Positions 45,520-59,398 of a stretch of DNA of 64,000 nucleotides are shown piece by piece. The position numbers and the translations under genes were made by a program. The notes under the pieces were generated by a model that saw nothing but the letters and a program-made list of their open reading frames with translations, ran no database searches and was not told where the DNA came from. Origin of the DNA: Eledone cirrhosa (taxonomy: Eukaryota); contig OZ024751.1 in assembly GCA_964016885.1 (NCBI GenBank), positions 25,110,001 to 25,174,000 on the forward strand, read 5' to 3'. Each line of letters opens with the position of its first letter. Position 1 is the first letter of the stretch.

Positions 45520-45992
45520 TGATGACGTGAGGAAAATGTGGTAAGACGTGAAAAGAATGTGGTGATGACGTGAGGAGAATGTGGTGATGACGTGAGGAGA
45601 ATGTGGTGATGACGTGAGGAGAATGTGGTGATGACGTGAGGAGAATGTGATGATGGCGTGAGGAGAATGTGGTGATGACGTGAGGAGAATGTGGTGATGA
45701 TGTGAGGAGAATGTGGTGATGACGTGAGGAGAATGTGGTGATGACGTGAGGAGAATGTGGTGATGACGTGAGGAGAATGTGGTGATGACGTGAGGAGAAT
45801 GTGGTGATGACGTGAGGAGAATGTGGTGATGATGTGAGGAGAATGTGGTGATGACGTGAGGAGAATGTGGTGATGACGTGAGGAGAATGTGGTGATGACG
45901 TGAGGAGAATGTGGTGATGACGTGAGGAGAATGTGGTGATGACGTGAGGAGAATGTGGTGATGACGTGAGGAGATTGTATTGATGACGTGAA
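45520..45992. repeat. 22-bp minisatellite, about 20 copies
   Basis: The unit is TGATGACGTGAGGAGAATGTGG, with degenerate units at both edges. Confidence 0.97.
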
Positions 45993-46573
45993 GAGATTCG
46001 TTTATATCGTGAAGTAAAAATAAGCATGGCTGTGTAGGTAAGATGTTCGTTTCTCAATAAAGAGATACCGGGTTCGATCACACTGCGTGGCATGTGTCTT
46101 GGGCCTTTACTATAGACGCATACCTATCCATGCCTCATGAAAGAAACTGGAAAGGCAGGAATTGTAGAAGTGTCTTGGTCATTCACAAGGTTTGCGAAAG
46201 AAATTGGGAAGATAGAAATTGTAAAAGTGTCCTGGTCTTTACTATAAACACGGGTAAACCTATACTCTACTAATGTCTTGTGTACTTTGTTTGACTCTGG
46301 TTACCCCCTACATAACACAGAAATCTCTGTCTCTCTCCCTCTCTTTTTCTCTCTTATATATATATGTATATTATTACATTCAAATTAAACGATGTCATGA
46401 ATGATACAAAATCAAATATATGCCTTGTCTCAAGATATAATTCAGAGAATAAAATGGAGCCTTAATCATTATAAGAAAGTGAATGAAAAATATCCATACA
46501 GAGTATTAAGATATATCAAAACTTAACTACAGACAATCTGTACTGAATGTAAGATTACATTCATTCACTTTGT

Positions 46574-46654
<81 letters not shown>

Positions 46655-46783
46655 GTAATCTGAGTTTTTCGAATATTAATAATAACATTCGATTCGTTTG
46701 CAATTATGAAAACAACCCTCAATTTTATAGCCATGTCAGTAGAATGAACACTTCATTCTTGCTCTTGTGTTGCCATGCGAACA

Positions 46784-46833
46784 GAACTGCAGACACTAAT
46801 GTTTCTGGGTATCACCCTTCATCAGTACAGCTC
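46784..46833 (-). ncRNA. Type I hammerhead ribozyme motif, intact core
   Basis: Minus strand: GAGCUGUA | CUGAUGA | A-GGGU-GAU-ACCC-A | GAAA | CA-UUAG-UG | UC ^ UGCAGUUC. Stem I has 8 bp and the triplet is GUC. It lies in a ~230-bp island between two (TA)n tracts. Confidence 0.82.
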
Positions 46834-46883
46834 ACTGTGAACAGATTACATTTATTGTATTCACCCATTTAGTGCCAAATTTT

Positions 46884-46933
<50 letters not shown>

Positions 46934-47546
46934 GAAGAGAGAGAGGGAGAGAGAGAGAGAGACAGAGAGAGAGACAAGGAGAGTGAGTTGTAAAATTCTG
47001 ACCGGTTATTAGATTTTTCTGGAGTTTTAAATAGTCTTACTTTATTATTGATAGGAAGGTTTTCAATTGTAGGACACGATAAACATTATATCAAGCCATA
47101 AATAAACATTAATAATGTATTTATCAAATCAAATTACTTTAGTGTTTTGTAGCTGCCAGGAAATGTTTTACGACAAAATTATTGGCTAAAATTATCACTT
47201 AAGATGATGTCAAGGGAGATTTTAATGTTTTTAATGAGGTTTATATAGTAATATTTGCAGTCGGTATTATCTCTATCACTATGTTTAAACCAGATATGTA
47301 GGTACAAGCGATAGATTAAAGCTGTATGTAGAGTTGTAGGCGTTATTTATAGCAGGAGGCATCAGCTACAGATGTATATATAAGCTACAGATGTAGACAT
47401 AAGCTACAGATGTATCTATAAGCTACATATGTAGATATACAGTCAAAGCTGGGGGACAGAGTTGTTCTTCCACATTTCGCCTCCGTTTTTATTTATTTTT
47501 CATTTTCTTACTATGATAATGTAAACGTATATCAAATATAGTATAG

Positions 47547-47634
<88 letters not shown>

Positions 47635-47717
47635 ATAATAATAAATTTGAAGACTAAAATCGAAAGAGGGCTCGATAAGGATAAATATATATCAAATATA
47701 TAAGAACCGTAGAGCAA

Positions 47718-47854
47718 ATATTTATTAAAATAACAGATTAAAGTTTAAGCAAAGAATCGCTGCTTTCACCCTTAACGGGATCTTCAGAAGATACCGTTAA
47801 GGGTGAAAGCAGCGATTCTTTGCTTAAACATTAATCTGTTATTTTAATAAATAT
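47718..47854. repeat. Fold-back palindrome (~65-bp arms) with a partial hammerhead core; a single-arm relative is at 35184-35250
   Basis: The arms are reverse complements around TCTTCAGAAGA. The minus strand reads CUGAAGA-UCCC-GUUAA-GGGU-GAAA, but stems I and III are poor. Confidence 0.8.
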
Positions 47855-48160
47855 ATATATATATATCCGGCTCTTATGTTCGAAATGAATTATTGACTTG
47901 ATTTTTTCATTTTTCCTTCTCTTTACGTTACCTCACCATTCGTGTCTGTTTACATGTCTTTCTCTTTCTCCGCCCAACTCTTTTTATCCCAATAACTTAC
48001 TTTAGTTATTGTATCACCCTAGGCGGAGCTATATTGTCTGTAATACGAAGAAATACCTATGATGCCTAGTAGACAACTGATGATGGATAATCCTAACTTC
48101 TATTTCTAACTCTTCATTTGTTATACTTATTTGCAACAACACAGCTTGCCATTTTTGATT

Positions 48161-48205
<45 letters not shown>

Positions 48206-48383
48206 TTTGAAAACCATAAAATATATTAGAAAAGTATAGGTGCCAAGAAAACGATAGAATCTTACCTTACCAAATTTAATTATCCAAAATATTTTGGGGT
48301 TCAAAAACCCGTTATCAAGGCTGAATCCCTGTGATGATCTTAAAAGATCGGTCGGAGATGAGTTGTTAGAAAGACAGAATTTA

Positions 48384-48425
<42 letters not shown>

Positions 48426-48519
48426 GAATGTATTAACAAATAACAGACGTGCACTCCATGATACTAGAGACCAGTTATCATTATCTGTTCTAATCCTTCC
48501 TTCCGTATCATGAATGCCC

Positions 48520-48910
48520 TAGAGAAAGATGTCAACCCCTTAACCCCAGCCTATGATTTACTGTGACAAACTGTTGTTTTGTTTTTCTGTACGAACTAAA
48601 GTATAAGATTACAGAGGAAGATCATTAATATATGTCAAAATATTCCTCTCAATCATGTTATTGTTCAATTGCAAACGGTAAATCTCAGTCGTCTTCAGAT
48701 AATACTTCTATTATTGATAATAACAAACTAATAAACGATATGTGAAAACATTGAGGAACTATTGAACAATTATTACCTTTAAATGTACCGAGTATTTATC
48801 GAATGTAATGTTATAAATTTGAGAAAAGAAGAACATACAGCATATCATCAGTTGAACATGTGCCAGTTATTGATGTCTTCAAATTAGAGGGCAGACATTT
48901 TGAAACAGAG
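48520..48910 (+). pseudogene. Possible highly decayed Tc1/mariner-superfamily transposase C-terminus
   Basis: Fragments ELKYKITEE and CLQ..EGRHFE resemble 'ELK..I' and the terminal 'C...GG.HFE'. Confidence 0.3.
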
Positions 48911-49144
48911 CTATGAAAGACACATTTTCCCTACCATCTTATTGATTTACATTTAAATGTCACAATTTGAGTATAAGTGTGATTTATCACGTGATGCCTT
49001 TATTATCAGTTATATATTCTTTCTGAAATGGTGATGCTAGTATATCAGACTTCTCCATAGATTAGTATAATACACGTTACATTTCGTCATGCCGTTTGTT
49101 TTTCTTTTCATTTCGTAGCCTTACACGACGTATGTATGTATCGT

Positions 49145-49472
49145 CATGTAACTTCTGATTGGGTCGTAGGGGCGCCATGTTGACATGCAGCGTTTGTTGG
49201 GCATTTTAGCCTGGCGGAGCACATCCCTCTCCAAGCCTGAGTACAGCAGATTTCTTCCTGAGAAAGATAGAAAGTGAGAGAGAGGAAATTGAGAAGGAAA
49301 TATAGCTGAAGAATAGACACGAATACAAAACTGGTACTTTTTTTATCGACCTCGAAAGGATGAAAGTCAAAGTTGAACTCGGCAGGATATGAATTCAGAG
49401 AGCAGAGGGCCGGAACTAATACCATAAAGCATTCTATCCGAAGTTCGAAAGAGTCTGCCAATTCACTGCCTA
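49145..49472 (-). mobile_element. Long-tailed Meta/MESC SINE subfamily copy
   Basis: Aligns along its length with 24950-25286. Confidence 0.75.
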
Positions 49473-49656
49473 TCCTTACACTATACATGCTTTAATTTCC
49501 TAGTTCACATAACTTTTTTCTCATCTAGTCTCATTTCGAATAATATATATTATAGACTTATTTTTTAATAACGTAGAGTTTAATTCAGAAAACACCAATC
49601 CAAATGATTATTACCTTAAATAAGAATTTATAGGTCTTTAAGTCAGGGTAGTAAAT

Positions 49657-49716
<60 letters not shown>

Positions 49717-49831
49717 GGTGTTGGATGCTTAAGCGCCCGTATGCGATCGTGCCTCGAGCTGGTCGCCCAAGAAACAATTGTAATATGTCCAATAAATTCC
49801 TTTCGTCACAACACTGATTCTCTTTTTTCTG

Positions 49832-49888
<57 letters not shown>

Positions 49889-50092
49889 TGTATATATACA
49901 TATATATAAACACTACATAGTGTGTTGTATTTCTCAAGGGTAAGCTTTGTTGAAACGCACATATGGATTCTGGTGTTACTGGTGTGACAAGCATGGAAGT
50001 AAATAGGTAAACATATATATAAACACTTCACTCTACAGTCCAGAATTAGCCGTCGAAACGGCTTGAGCTCAGCCGTCGGGGTCCTACTCGTT

Positions 50093-50139
<47 letters not shown>

Positions 50140-50664
50140 ATGTGGGTTTACTTTTTTATATCTTCCCAGTTTGTTTCGTATAAATTTTACATAGAAGTTC
50201 CATCAGGTAAAAATGGGTGAAAGTTAATTAATTAGACATAACATGTAAACCATTTGTTATGATTTTCTAAGAAGATCTGTGATTATATAAAAGTAGAAGA
50301 CAATCATTGTTAATGTCGTCTGCTTCTGTGAACTAGAAAGACACAAACGGAACAAAAAACAGCTGTTAAAAAATGAGATACACTGAAAGAGAAAAAAAAA
50401 AATCTCAAGAGAAAGAAGTGAATTGTAAGTATGAGAGACAGGGTAAGGTGATATGGGGTTGTTACTGACCTAAATGCATTGACAAACAAAAAATAAATCG
50501 TTAACACATATGCTCTGTTGCCGGAAGTAAGAAATCCGTCACATTACATACAGCTAAGAAGCAGAGTATACAAGCTTTCAGAGAGAATAGGAGCGAGAAA
50601 GAGAGGGAAAGAGAGAGATGGAGAGAGAAATATAGAGCAATAAGAGAAGAGAAAGAGAGAGAGG

Positions 50665-50746
<82 letters not shown>

Positions 50747-51177
50747 TGGGATGAGCGAAAGAAGGGAGAGGTGACGGAGAAGAGAGCGAATAGATTGAGA
50801 GAGAGATGGAACTAAACTAAAGAATGGCTCTCTCCACCACAAAAACCACCCCAAATTGTTGTTTTATTCTGGTTTATAATTTTGATATTCCATTGATTCA
50901 GTTTATTTATTCATTGAAATCAATCTAGTTTTTTGTTTGTCTTTATCATAAAACTTTGATCATTCTACTGTGACATAAGCATGATCTGTCATCCTCTTCA
51001 TTTTCTATTTTCTTCTTTTGTTTTATTTTTATTCTGCTATTAGATATTTTAGATGACTTGAAATCCTTTCAGCGTAAATAACTTCTAGGAATCAATGAAA
51101 TGCATTAGAGTGCGGTGTTGTTTACACGTTCACCTGAACTTCTAGAATATTCAAAATCTATCTCTAATGTAACCATC

Positions 51178-51217
<40 letters not shown>

Positions 51218-53217
51218 GACGAAGAAGAATTTAACACGAAAGGTCACATGGGATTTACACTTATATAAGACTGTTCGAATTTTTTTTTTTTTTTTTTGCA
51301 TGGGTGAAAAGTATTTTCGAAATTAGATTTCTTAAAGTGCCGCTGTCAAAGCTTACCCTGCCTCGCTGAAATGAAAACATTTTTACTATTAATTTTTTGA
51401 AGCAATGGCCGCTTAGCTTTAAAGACAATGGCTTATAATCAACGAATTTCAGGTGTGAAACTGATCCCATCATACTATATATTACCGAAATGGGGTAACG
51501 ATTTCACTAAAAGGCTACTAATTCCTTCATCTCAAGTTGTATAATGACTGTATTCTGTTTGTTTGTTGTTAAGTACATACAGATATATTTATGTTTTCGT
51601 TACGTTATTTCTAATTAAAGGCACTATGTATGATTTAGAATTAAATTAAAGAATTATAGAAATATAACAGAATGAATTAGAAGTTTTATTGTAAAAAGTA
51701 CAAATAGCTTTCGTGGTTATGAAACCGGAAAAGGAGAGAAATGCAAAGGCTTTAGGATCACGGAAGAATGGAGGGGGTGGGGATGGAGGCAGATGGATTC
51801 TAGGTCTAACGCGCGGCGGTATTGGGGCTACGATTAAAGAATTGTCTTGAATTTTGAACATAAACTAACTTCTCACTATTAAAGTAGTGTTCGACTTTTG
51901 AATATATACTTACAAACATACGTACATAAGGGAATGTTTTCAGATAAATATAATAATTAAAAACAAACAATTTTCTATCATAGATCAGTTTTGGGCGTTT
52001 TGGTAACAAAAGGGATAAAGAAAGTCAATAGCAATCAATAAGGTGTTGATTGCGGGCTTAACCACCCGTATTTCAGTAGGTGGCGAATTGACAGATTTGT
52101 TAGAACGTTCCGACTCTCTGCGCTTTCAGTTCAAAACCTGTCGAGGTCAATTTTGCCTTTCTTCTGTTTAATGTCGATAAACGAAATACCAGCCCAGTAA
52201 TGAGTTTGATCCTTTCTCTATATCTCATTCTCAACAATGTCTGTGGTCACATTCACCTCCTTGTTTCCGTAGTCAAACATTTGCTCATAATAGTGAGAAA
52301 TGGAGAGAGACAGGGAAGTGATAGTGGAGTTTGGTTCGTTTGTGTTCGGACCCGGTGTATCTGTAAATGTTTCATGGACAAACATTAGAGCAGGTAGTAT
52401 ATTGAGGTAAAGTCTTTATTGATTCTACATAGGCTACATAAGTTGCTTAGAAATAAGAAAGCAAAGACCTTTATATGACTGAACACGAAGACCTTACTGG
52501 GTACTGTCAGGGACAGTTCAGATCATAATTCGCTACAGACATGGAAATTACTTCTTGAAATAGCCACAACATCCGTTATATGTAAATTCAACGCATACTG
52601 AAGGACGTTTGCGTTCTATTTTTTTTTTAACTTTAGTTACAGCATATCCGTCTTTGTCTGAGCCATAAAAGAAAAGATCTGCAATGAGGTATTTCAAAAG
52701 TAAACAGATATGTAAATTCAAAAATAAACAGATATGTAAATCAACATATAAATGTAATAATAATTATTTTGAGTTGAATTATGTAAGAAAAAAAAGGAAG
52801 ACAAATAAAGAGAACGGAAATCCAAAACTAAGGTTGAAATAAAAAATAAGCTGTTTGGAGGCATAGACTTGAAAATAATACAGATATTGACTTAATGCCA
52901 AAGTAGAATCTTAATGAGGATATAAAAATTACACACGGACATTGAAACTTAGTTCATCCACACGGGAAAGGAAAGGGAAGTTTAGATGATTAAAACCAGG
53001 AGGTCTTTTATTTGAAGTATCTTAAATCGACATGTCAGCAAGAACGTTAAGGTAAGTGCAGAATATAAATTACCGTCAAACTTACACATTAGTTCTAATA
53101 GTGAATCTTCTTTACCGCTAACTTGATATTATATACGGATGTGGTTGTTTCAAGGTGTTTCAGTATATGTATATATGTATATATGTATATATGTACGAAT
53201 GTATGTACCTATGAATG

Positions 53218-53316
<99 letters not shown>

Positions 53317-53410
53317 ATAATAATAAAATTGAAGACTAAAATCCAAAGAGGGCTCGATAAGGAAAATATATATAAAATATATAAAATATAAAATATATAT
53401 CAAATATATA

Positions 53411-53456
<46 letters not shown>

Positions 53457-53509
53457 GTATATATATATATAAATGTATATATATATACTTTTATATATAT
53501 ATATATACT

Positions 53510-53543
<34 letters not shown>

Positions 53544-53570
53544 CATATATATATACTTATATATATATAC

Positions 53571-53617
<47 letters not shown>

Positions 53618-53658
53618 TTCAAAATATTAACAAAAATAGACATTCGTGTGATCAAGTA

Positions 53659-53725
53659 TATTTTATTATACATATTTCAGAGGTACTGAGCTAACTTCAA
53701 CAGTACGTCCTCATCAGATAAAATA
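53659..53725 (-). ncRNA. Type I hammerhead ribozyme motif, second copy of the 21917-21983 family
   Basis: The same 67 nt with one substitution in the stem II loop. It sits in a ~175-bp insert between (TA)n tracts. Confidence 0.8.
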
Positions 53726-53779
53726 AGATGATACATGACATTAATATTAATTAATATTCATTGAACCTTGTTTAACCTT

Positions 53780-53835
<56 letters not shown>

Positions 53836-53836
<1 letters not shown>

Positions 53837-54452
53837 GTGTTATCCGGGGATCCATGGATAACTTCTAGAAATCCCTGGCCTGGCAGGGATAAACTCTACA
53901 GTCATGGAAGTGTCGTCAGCCGGGCCTGTCCGAGATGGGCGCAGGGCGACGAAACCGTCCTGCTCGCGTTCGTCCAGTGTCCACGTATTGATGACTTGTG
54001 GGTTATGTCAAACACCTGAAGACGAGCACTTACCTCTTCGGTAATGCCCTGATTTACTTTTTCAAATTTCATTTGTAAAGGAAAATCACGGTGCAGAGGG
54101 AAGTGCCCTCTTCTCAGCAATTTGTTGCAAGATGGGTGAGAGTTGCAAACATGGCCCGAGTGAATGGGCCTGCTCTGAGTATGCGCCTACAAATTGAAAG
54201 TGGAAAACTGGGAGAGGGTACTTGCCCTGGTGGTCAGGGTCACCGTGGCTTTTTTAATGGGATTTCTCCACGATGGCCCTTGGAAGTCACCCCCCCCTCC
54301 CTATTGGGGAATTTTTCATTGTTTCTTTTTATGTTACATCCTCTATTTTTGTTTTTGTTTTACACGCAGAAATGCCCATTTGTACCGTCCTGTATTGTCG
54401 TGTATTGTCCTTAATGTCTTACTTTGTGTAAACCCTTGTGCTTAATAAAGAA
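53836..54452 (+). mobile_element. GC-richer unique island, possibly a solo LTR truncated by a SINE
   Basis: Starts TGT directly after (TA)n, has a T-rich 3' part and AATAAA at about 54444. No terminal CA or TSD was found. Confidence 0.3.
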
Positions 54453-54645
54453 GCGGTGGATTGGCAGTATCGGTAGAGGGTCGGACGCCATGGTTTCCAG
54501 CATAGTTACGTCCCTTTACGATCTGAGTTCAAATCCCGCCGAGGTTAACTTTGCCTTTCATCCTTACGGGGTCGATAAAATAAAGTACCAGTGATGCACT
54601 GGGTAATTACTGGCCTTGTGCCTAAAGTAGAAACAATTATTATTA
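54453..54645 (+). mobile_element. Full-length Meta/MESC SINE with an expanded (ATT)n/(AGT)n tail
   Basis: Matches the family consensus throughout. Confidence 0.93.
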
Positions 54646-55841
54646 TTATTGTTATTATTATTATTATTATTAGTAGTAGTAGTAGTAGTAGTAGTAATAT
54701 GATTATTGTTGTGGCTGTTGCGTAATGATACAAGATCGTATAGATAAATAAGTGGTTAGCTAGCTAAGTTACATAAAGATTGGAAGAGAGAAATAGAGAG
54801 AGAGAGAGACAGAGAGAAAAGGAGAGGGAGAAAGAGACAAAGAGAGACATACAAGTGACATTATTATAGCTGTTGTTTAGTTCTGAGGCTTTATTTGTAA
54901 ACTAAAATTAGGAAAATGAAATATGTCAAAACATCTGTCTTATCTTTAATTACTTTTATGATTTAAAACAAATCAATAACATGTACATATATCAATTGAA
55001 ATTACAATTATTGGTTGTTAGATTTCTCACCAATACGGATAATGATTATTTATTTGATATACAAACATTGATTTCGGATCGAAAAATTGTATTTTTTTTT
55101 ATTTTTGAAGATATTACTTGAATTCCAAAATATTACATTTCTTCTTCTTCTTCTTCTTCTTCTTCTTCTTCTTCTTCTTCTTCTTCTTCTTCTTCTTCTT
55201 CTTCTTCTTCTTCTTCTTCTTCTTCTTCTTCTTCTTCTTCTTTTTCTTCTGTTTTTTTCTTTTTCTGTTTCTTTTTCTTTTTCTTTTCTTTTTCTTTTTC
55301 TTTTTCTTTTTCTTTTTCTGTATATGTATGTGTATATGTAAATATTTATATGTATTTGTATGTGCATATGTATATATTTATATGTATTTGTATGTGCATA
55401 TGTATAGGTATATGTATATATATATATGTGTGCATGTATATGTATAAATATATGTATATGTATACATATATATATATATATTAGAACATTATCAACCACA
55501 TTAATTAGAAAAAAATGTTAACCCGGTGAATAAACATATGAGAGAAAGAGAGGTATATATTGAATAACGGCGGAAGTTAAGTGTTTAGAATAAATATTTG
55601 TTTAGAACATGCAAAGAAGATTTATATCTCACGGTGGATTGGCAGTATCAGTAGAGCGTCGGACAATATGACTTGCAGCATAGAGTTATGGCCCTTTACA
55701 GTCTGAGTTGAAATCCTGCAGGTGGTCAACTTTGCCATTCATCTTTTCGATGTCGCTAAAATATTATACTGGAGATCGATATAATTGCCTCTCCTTTCGT
55801 CTCACATTTGACAGACATCTGCCTGAATTAATAAACATTAT

Positions 55842-56005
55842 AGGGTCGGACGCCATGCTTTCCAGCATAGTTACGTCCCTTTACGATCTGAGTTCAAATC
55901 CCGCCGAGGTTGACTTTGCCTTTCATCCTTACGGGGTCGATAAAATAAAGTACCAGTAATGTACTGGGTAATTGCTGGCCTTGTGCCAAAAGTAGAAACA
56001 ATTAT
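55842..56005 (+). mobile_element. Meta/MESC SINE, 5'-truncated; an older copy precedes it at 55632-55775
   Basis: Consensus match from AGGGTCGGACGCC to the tail. Confidence 0.9.
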
Positions 56006-56048
56006 TAATATTCGAAAAACTTAGATTACATTTATTGTATTCAGCTAT

Positions 56049-56628
56049 GTAGAGGGTCGGATGCCATGCTTTGAAGTATAGAGTTACGGCCCTTGCCATT
56101 CTGAGTTCAAATCCCGCCGAGGTTGACTTTGCCTTTCATCCTTACGGGGTCGATAAAATAAAGTACCAGTAATGCACTGGTTAATTGCTGGCCTTGTGCC
56201 TAAAGTAGAAACAATTATTTATAATGCACAAGGGCGGTGGATTGGCAGTATCGGTAGAGAGTCGGACACCATGCTTTGAAGCATAGAGTTACGTCCCTTG
56301 CCATTCTGAGTTCAAATCCCGCCGAGGTTGACTTTGCCTTTCATCCTTACGGGGTCGATAAAATAAAGTACCAGTAATGCACTGGTTAATTGCTGGCCTT
56401 GTGCCTAAAGTAGAAACAATTATTTATAATGCACAAGGGCGGTGGATTGGCAGTATCGGTAGAGAGTCGGACACCATGCTTTGAAGCATAGAGTTACGTC
56501 CCTTGCCATTCTGAGTTCAAATCCCGCCGAGGTTGACTTTGCCTTTCATCCTTACGGGGTCGATAAAATAAAGTACCAGTAATGCACTGGTTAATTGCTG
56601 GCCTTGTGCCTAAAGTAGAAACAATTAT
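56049..56628 (+). mobile_element. Tandem trimer of Meta/MESC SINEs, 205-bp period
   Basis: Copies start at 56049, 56232 and 56437. The spacer TTATAATGCACAA is repeated, and copies 2 and 3 appear identical. Confidence 0.92.
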
Positions 56629-57057
56629 GTGTAGTCGGTTAGAAGTATTGGTAGAGAGACTGACAACATGTAGTATGGCATTGATTACCGGTGTCGTAGT
56701 AATGATAGTCCCCCAGAAACAGTTGGCCTTGTACTTAAATCAGAAACTGTTATAATTGTTGTTGTTAGATTCCTAATTGAAATTTGAGTTACAAAATTTC
56801 TTCAAAACCCATATCTCAACATTTAGCTAGGAATTCCATAACCATTTAAGGTATCACTCTGCAATGTTAACATTGAAACATGGAACCATACTCACTCTGT
56901 AACCCAGAGAAATGCATATATATACATAAATATGTATTATATATGTATATATATATACGTATATATATATATACATACATATGTCTTATATCTATATATA
57001 TTTATATATATATATGTATATATATGTATATATATATATAAATATTTTAATATAGAT

Positions 57058-57110
57058 GAGATTCTACAGGACTAGAACTGTTTCATTCTTTAGAAATCAT
57101 CAGGAATCTC
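57058..57110 (-). ncRNA. Type I hammerhead ribozyme motif with intact core, in a fold-back (57045-57175)
   Basis: Minus strand: GAGAUUC | CUGAUGA | U-UUC-UAAA-GAA-U | GAAA | CAG-UUCUAGUC-CUG | UA ^ GAAUCUC. The plus-strand arm (57112-57162) has G12->A. Confidence 0.8.
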
Positions 57111-57386
57111 GGATTCCTGATGATTTCTAAAGAATAAAACAGTTCTAGTCCTGTAGAATCTCATCTATATTAAAACTTTTATACTCTGCAATGTATTGAG
57201 TACCTTACTTACTGTGGTTACCTCCGATTCAACCCGGAATAACGTATATATATAAATATATATATATATATAAGTATGTATACGTACATACATATATGTA
57301 TATACAGACGTACAGTAGTATGTATATATATATACATACATGCACACATATATATATGTACGTATGAAATTTCGTTTCATTTTTTC

Positions 57387-57427
<41 letters not shown>

Positions 57428-58315
57428 TAAGACGTATATGTATGTGTATATATATATATATATATATAATATTGTATATTAGTCTGTCTGTGTGAATCTG
57501 GGAACTATATTTCCATATGTCTGTATATGTATGTATTATGCATATATGTATATGCATATGTGAAAGTGTATCTATATATTCCATTAGATATGTGTGCACG
57601 TGTGTGTGTGTGCGTGTGTGTGTGTTTTAATGTGTGATTATACACATACATATACTTTCTATTGGTTTCTGTATCAAATTTACTTTTTGTATGTATTTAT
57701 GTATGTATGTGTTTTCCAAGAATGTGTGTATGTATGTATTTATGTATGTATGTATGTGTTTTCCAAGAATGTATGTATGTATGCATGAATTTATGTATGT
57801 GTTTTCCAAGAATGTATGTATGTATGCATGTATTTATGTATGTATGTATAGATGGACGGATGTTTGTAAGTCTGCATGTATCTATTTATCCATGTATTTA
57901 TGTATTTATGTATGTATATATGTATATATATTTGCATGTATGTATTTATGTATGTATGTATATACACATATAGGTACATACACATGTATGTATGTGTCTA
58001 TGTATGTAGGTAGGTATGTAAATGAGTAACCATATAGGTATATACACATATATGTATATATAACTATACTTCAGAGTCTTAGTAACAGCCCCAAAACATA
58101 TTCAAATAACCGTTTCTGTTCAGGAAAAAAAAGCTTTATACCTGTGAATATGTCTATTTTTCTTTGTCTGCGGAAAGAACACACACACACACACACCTAC
58201 ACGCCCCCCACACACACGCCCACACACACAGACACCCACACAAACACACACAAACACACAGACACACACACACACAAACACACACAAACACACACAAACA
58301 CACACACGCACACAC

Positions 58316-58394
<79 letters not shown>

Positions 58395-58401
58395 CATATA
58401 A

Positions 58402-58445
<44 letters not shown>

Positions 58446-59183
58446 TATATAATGAATATATATATATATGTACACACATTTATATACACATATATGCATA
58501 TATATATATATATATATACAAGATACCGACGGGAGTACAAACATACACATACGTGAGTACATGAATAGCAACGTAACTAATGGAAGATCTACAAATATAT
58601 TTAATGGCTTGGTAGGAGAAAAATAATAATAATCATCATCATCATCATCATCATAACAACAATATGCAAATGCTCGTTAAAAACGGTAAAAAGAGAACAA
58701 GAATGGAGAAAGAGAGAAAGAATAAATAAATAAATAAATATGTAAGTCATTAAATAAAAGAAGCTGATCGTTGGATGATCGATGGCTTATGCTGTTTCAA
58801 AAATCAATATAGTACATTATCCGAATAACTGATCTATGCTGTCACATAGCAGGACATGTTACAAGCGTTTGACACTATCTGAGGAGTTGTTGTTCTTACC
58901 GTTGTCTTGTAAGTGTCTGTATGTGTGTATGTGTGTATGTGTGTATATGTGTGTGTGTATGTGTGTATGTGTGTATATGTGTATGTGTGTATATGTGTAT
59001 GTATGTGTATGTATGTGTGTATGTGTGTATGTGTGTATGTGTGTATGTGTCTATGTGTGTATGTGTATGTGTGTATATGTATGTGTATGTGTTGGTGTGT
59101 GTGTGTGTGTATGTGTATGTGTGTGTATGTGTGTATGTGTGCATGTGTATGTGTGTATGTGTATGTATGGGGTGTTTGTTATT

Positions 59184-59364
59184 ATAATTGTTTCAACTTT
59201 TAGCACAAGGCCAGCAATTATCCCAGTACATTACTGGTACTTTAATTTATCGACCCCCGTAAGGATGAAAGGCAAAGTTAACATCGGCAGAATTAGAACT
59301 CAGAACGTAAAGGGACATAACTCTATGCTGCGAAGCATGGTGTCTGACGCTCTACCAATACTGC
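59184..59364 (-). mobile_element. Meta/MESC SINE
   Basis: Reverse complement of the consensus, head-to-head with the next copy. Confidence 0.9.
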
Positions 59365-59398
59365 TTTGTTACTATTATTATTATTATTATTATTATTT

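Noticed and set aside
45520-45992. CRISPR-like regular repeat
   Set aside because: The units are contiguous with no unique spacers, the context is eukaryotic, and there are no cas genes.
45512-46093. 193-aa His/Ser-rich ORF
   Set aside because: It is a stop-free reading of the 22-bp minisatellite, and its start lies in an old SINE.
47631-47690. TTGAAGA...GAAAGAG motif, repeated at 53312-53365 and inverted near 36900-36950
   Set aside because: It is a real short repeat next to TA tracts, but it does not fold into a complete hammerhead.
55050-55499. Poly-Arg/Leu/Phe ORFs
   Set aside because: They are translations of a (TTC)n microsatellite.
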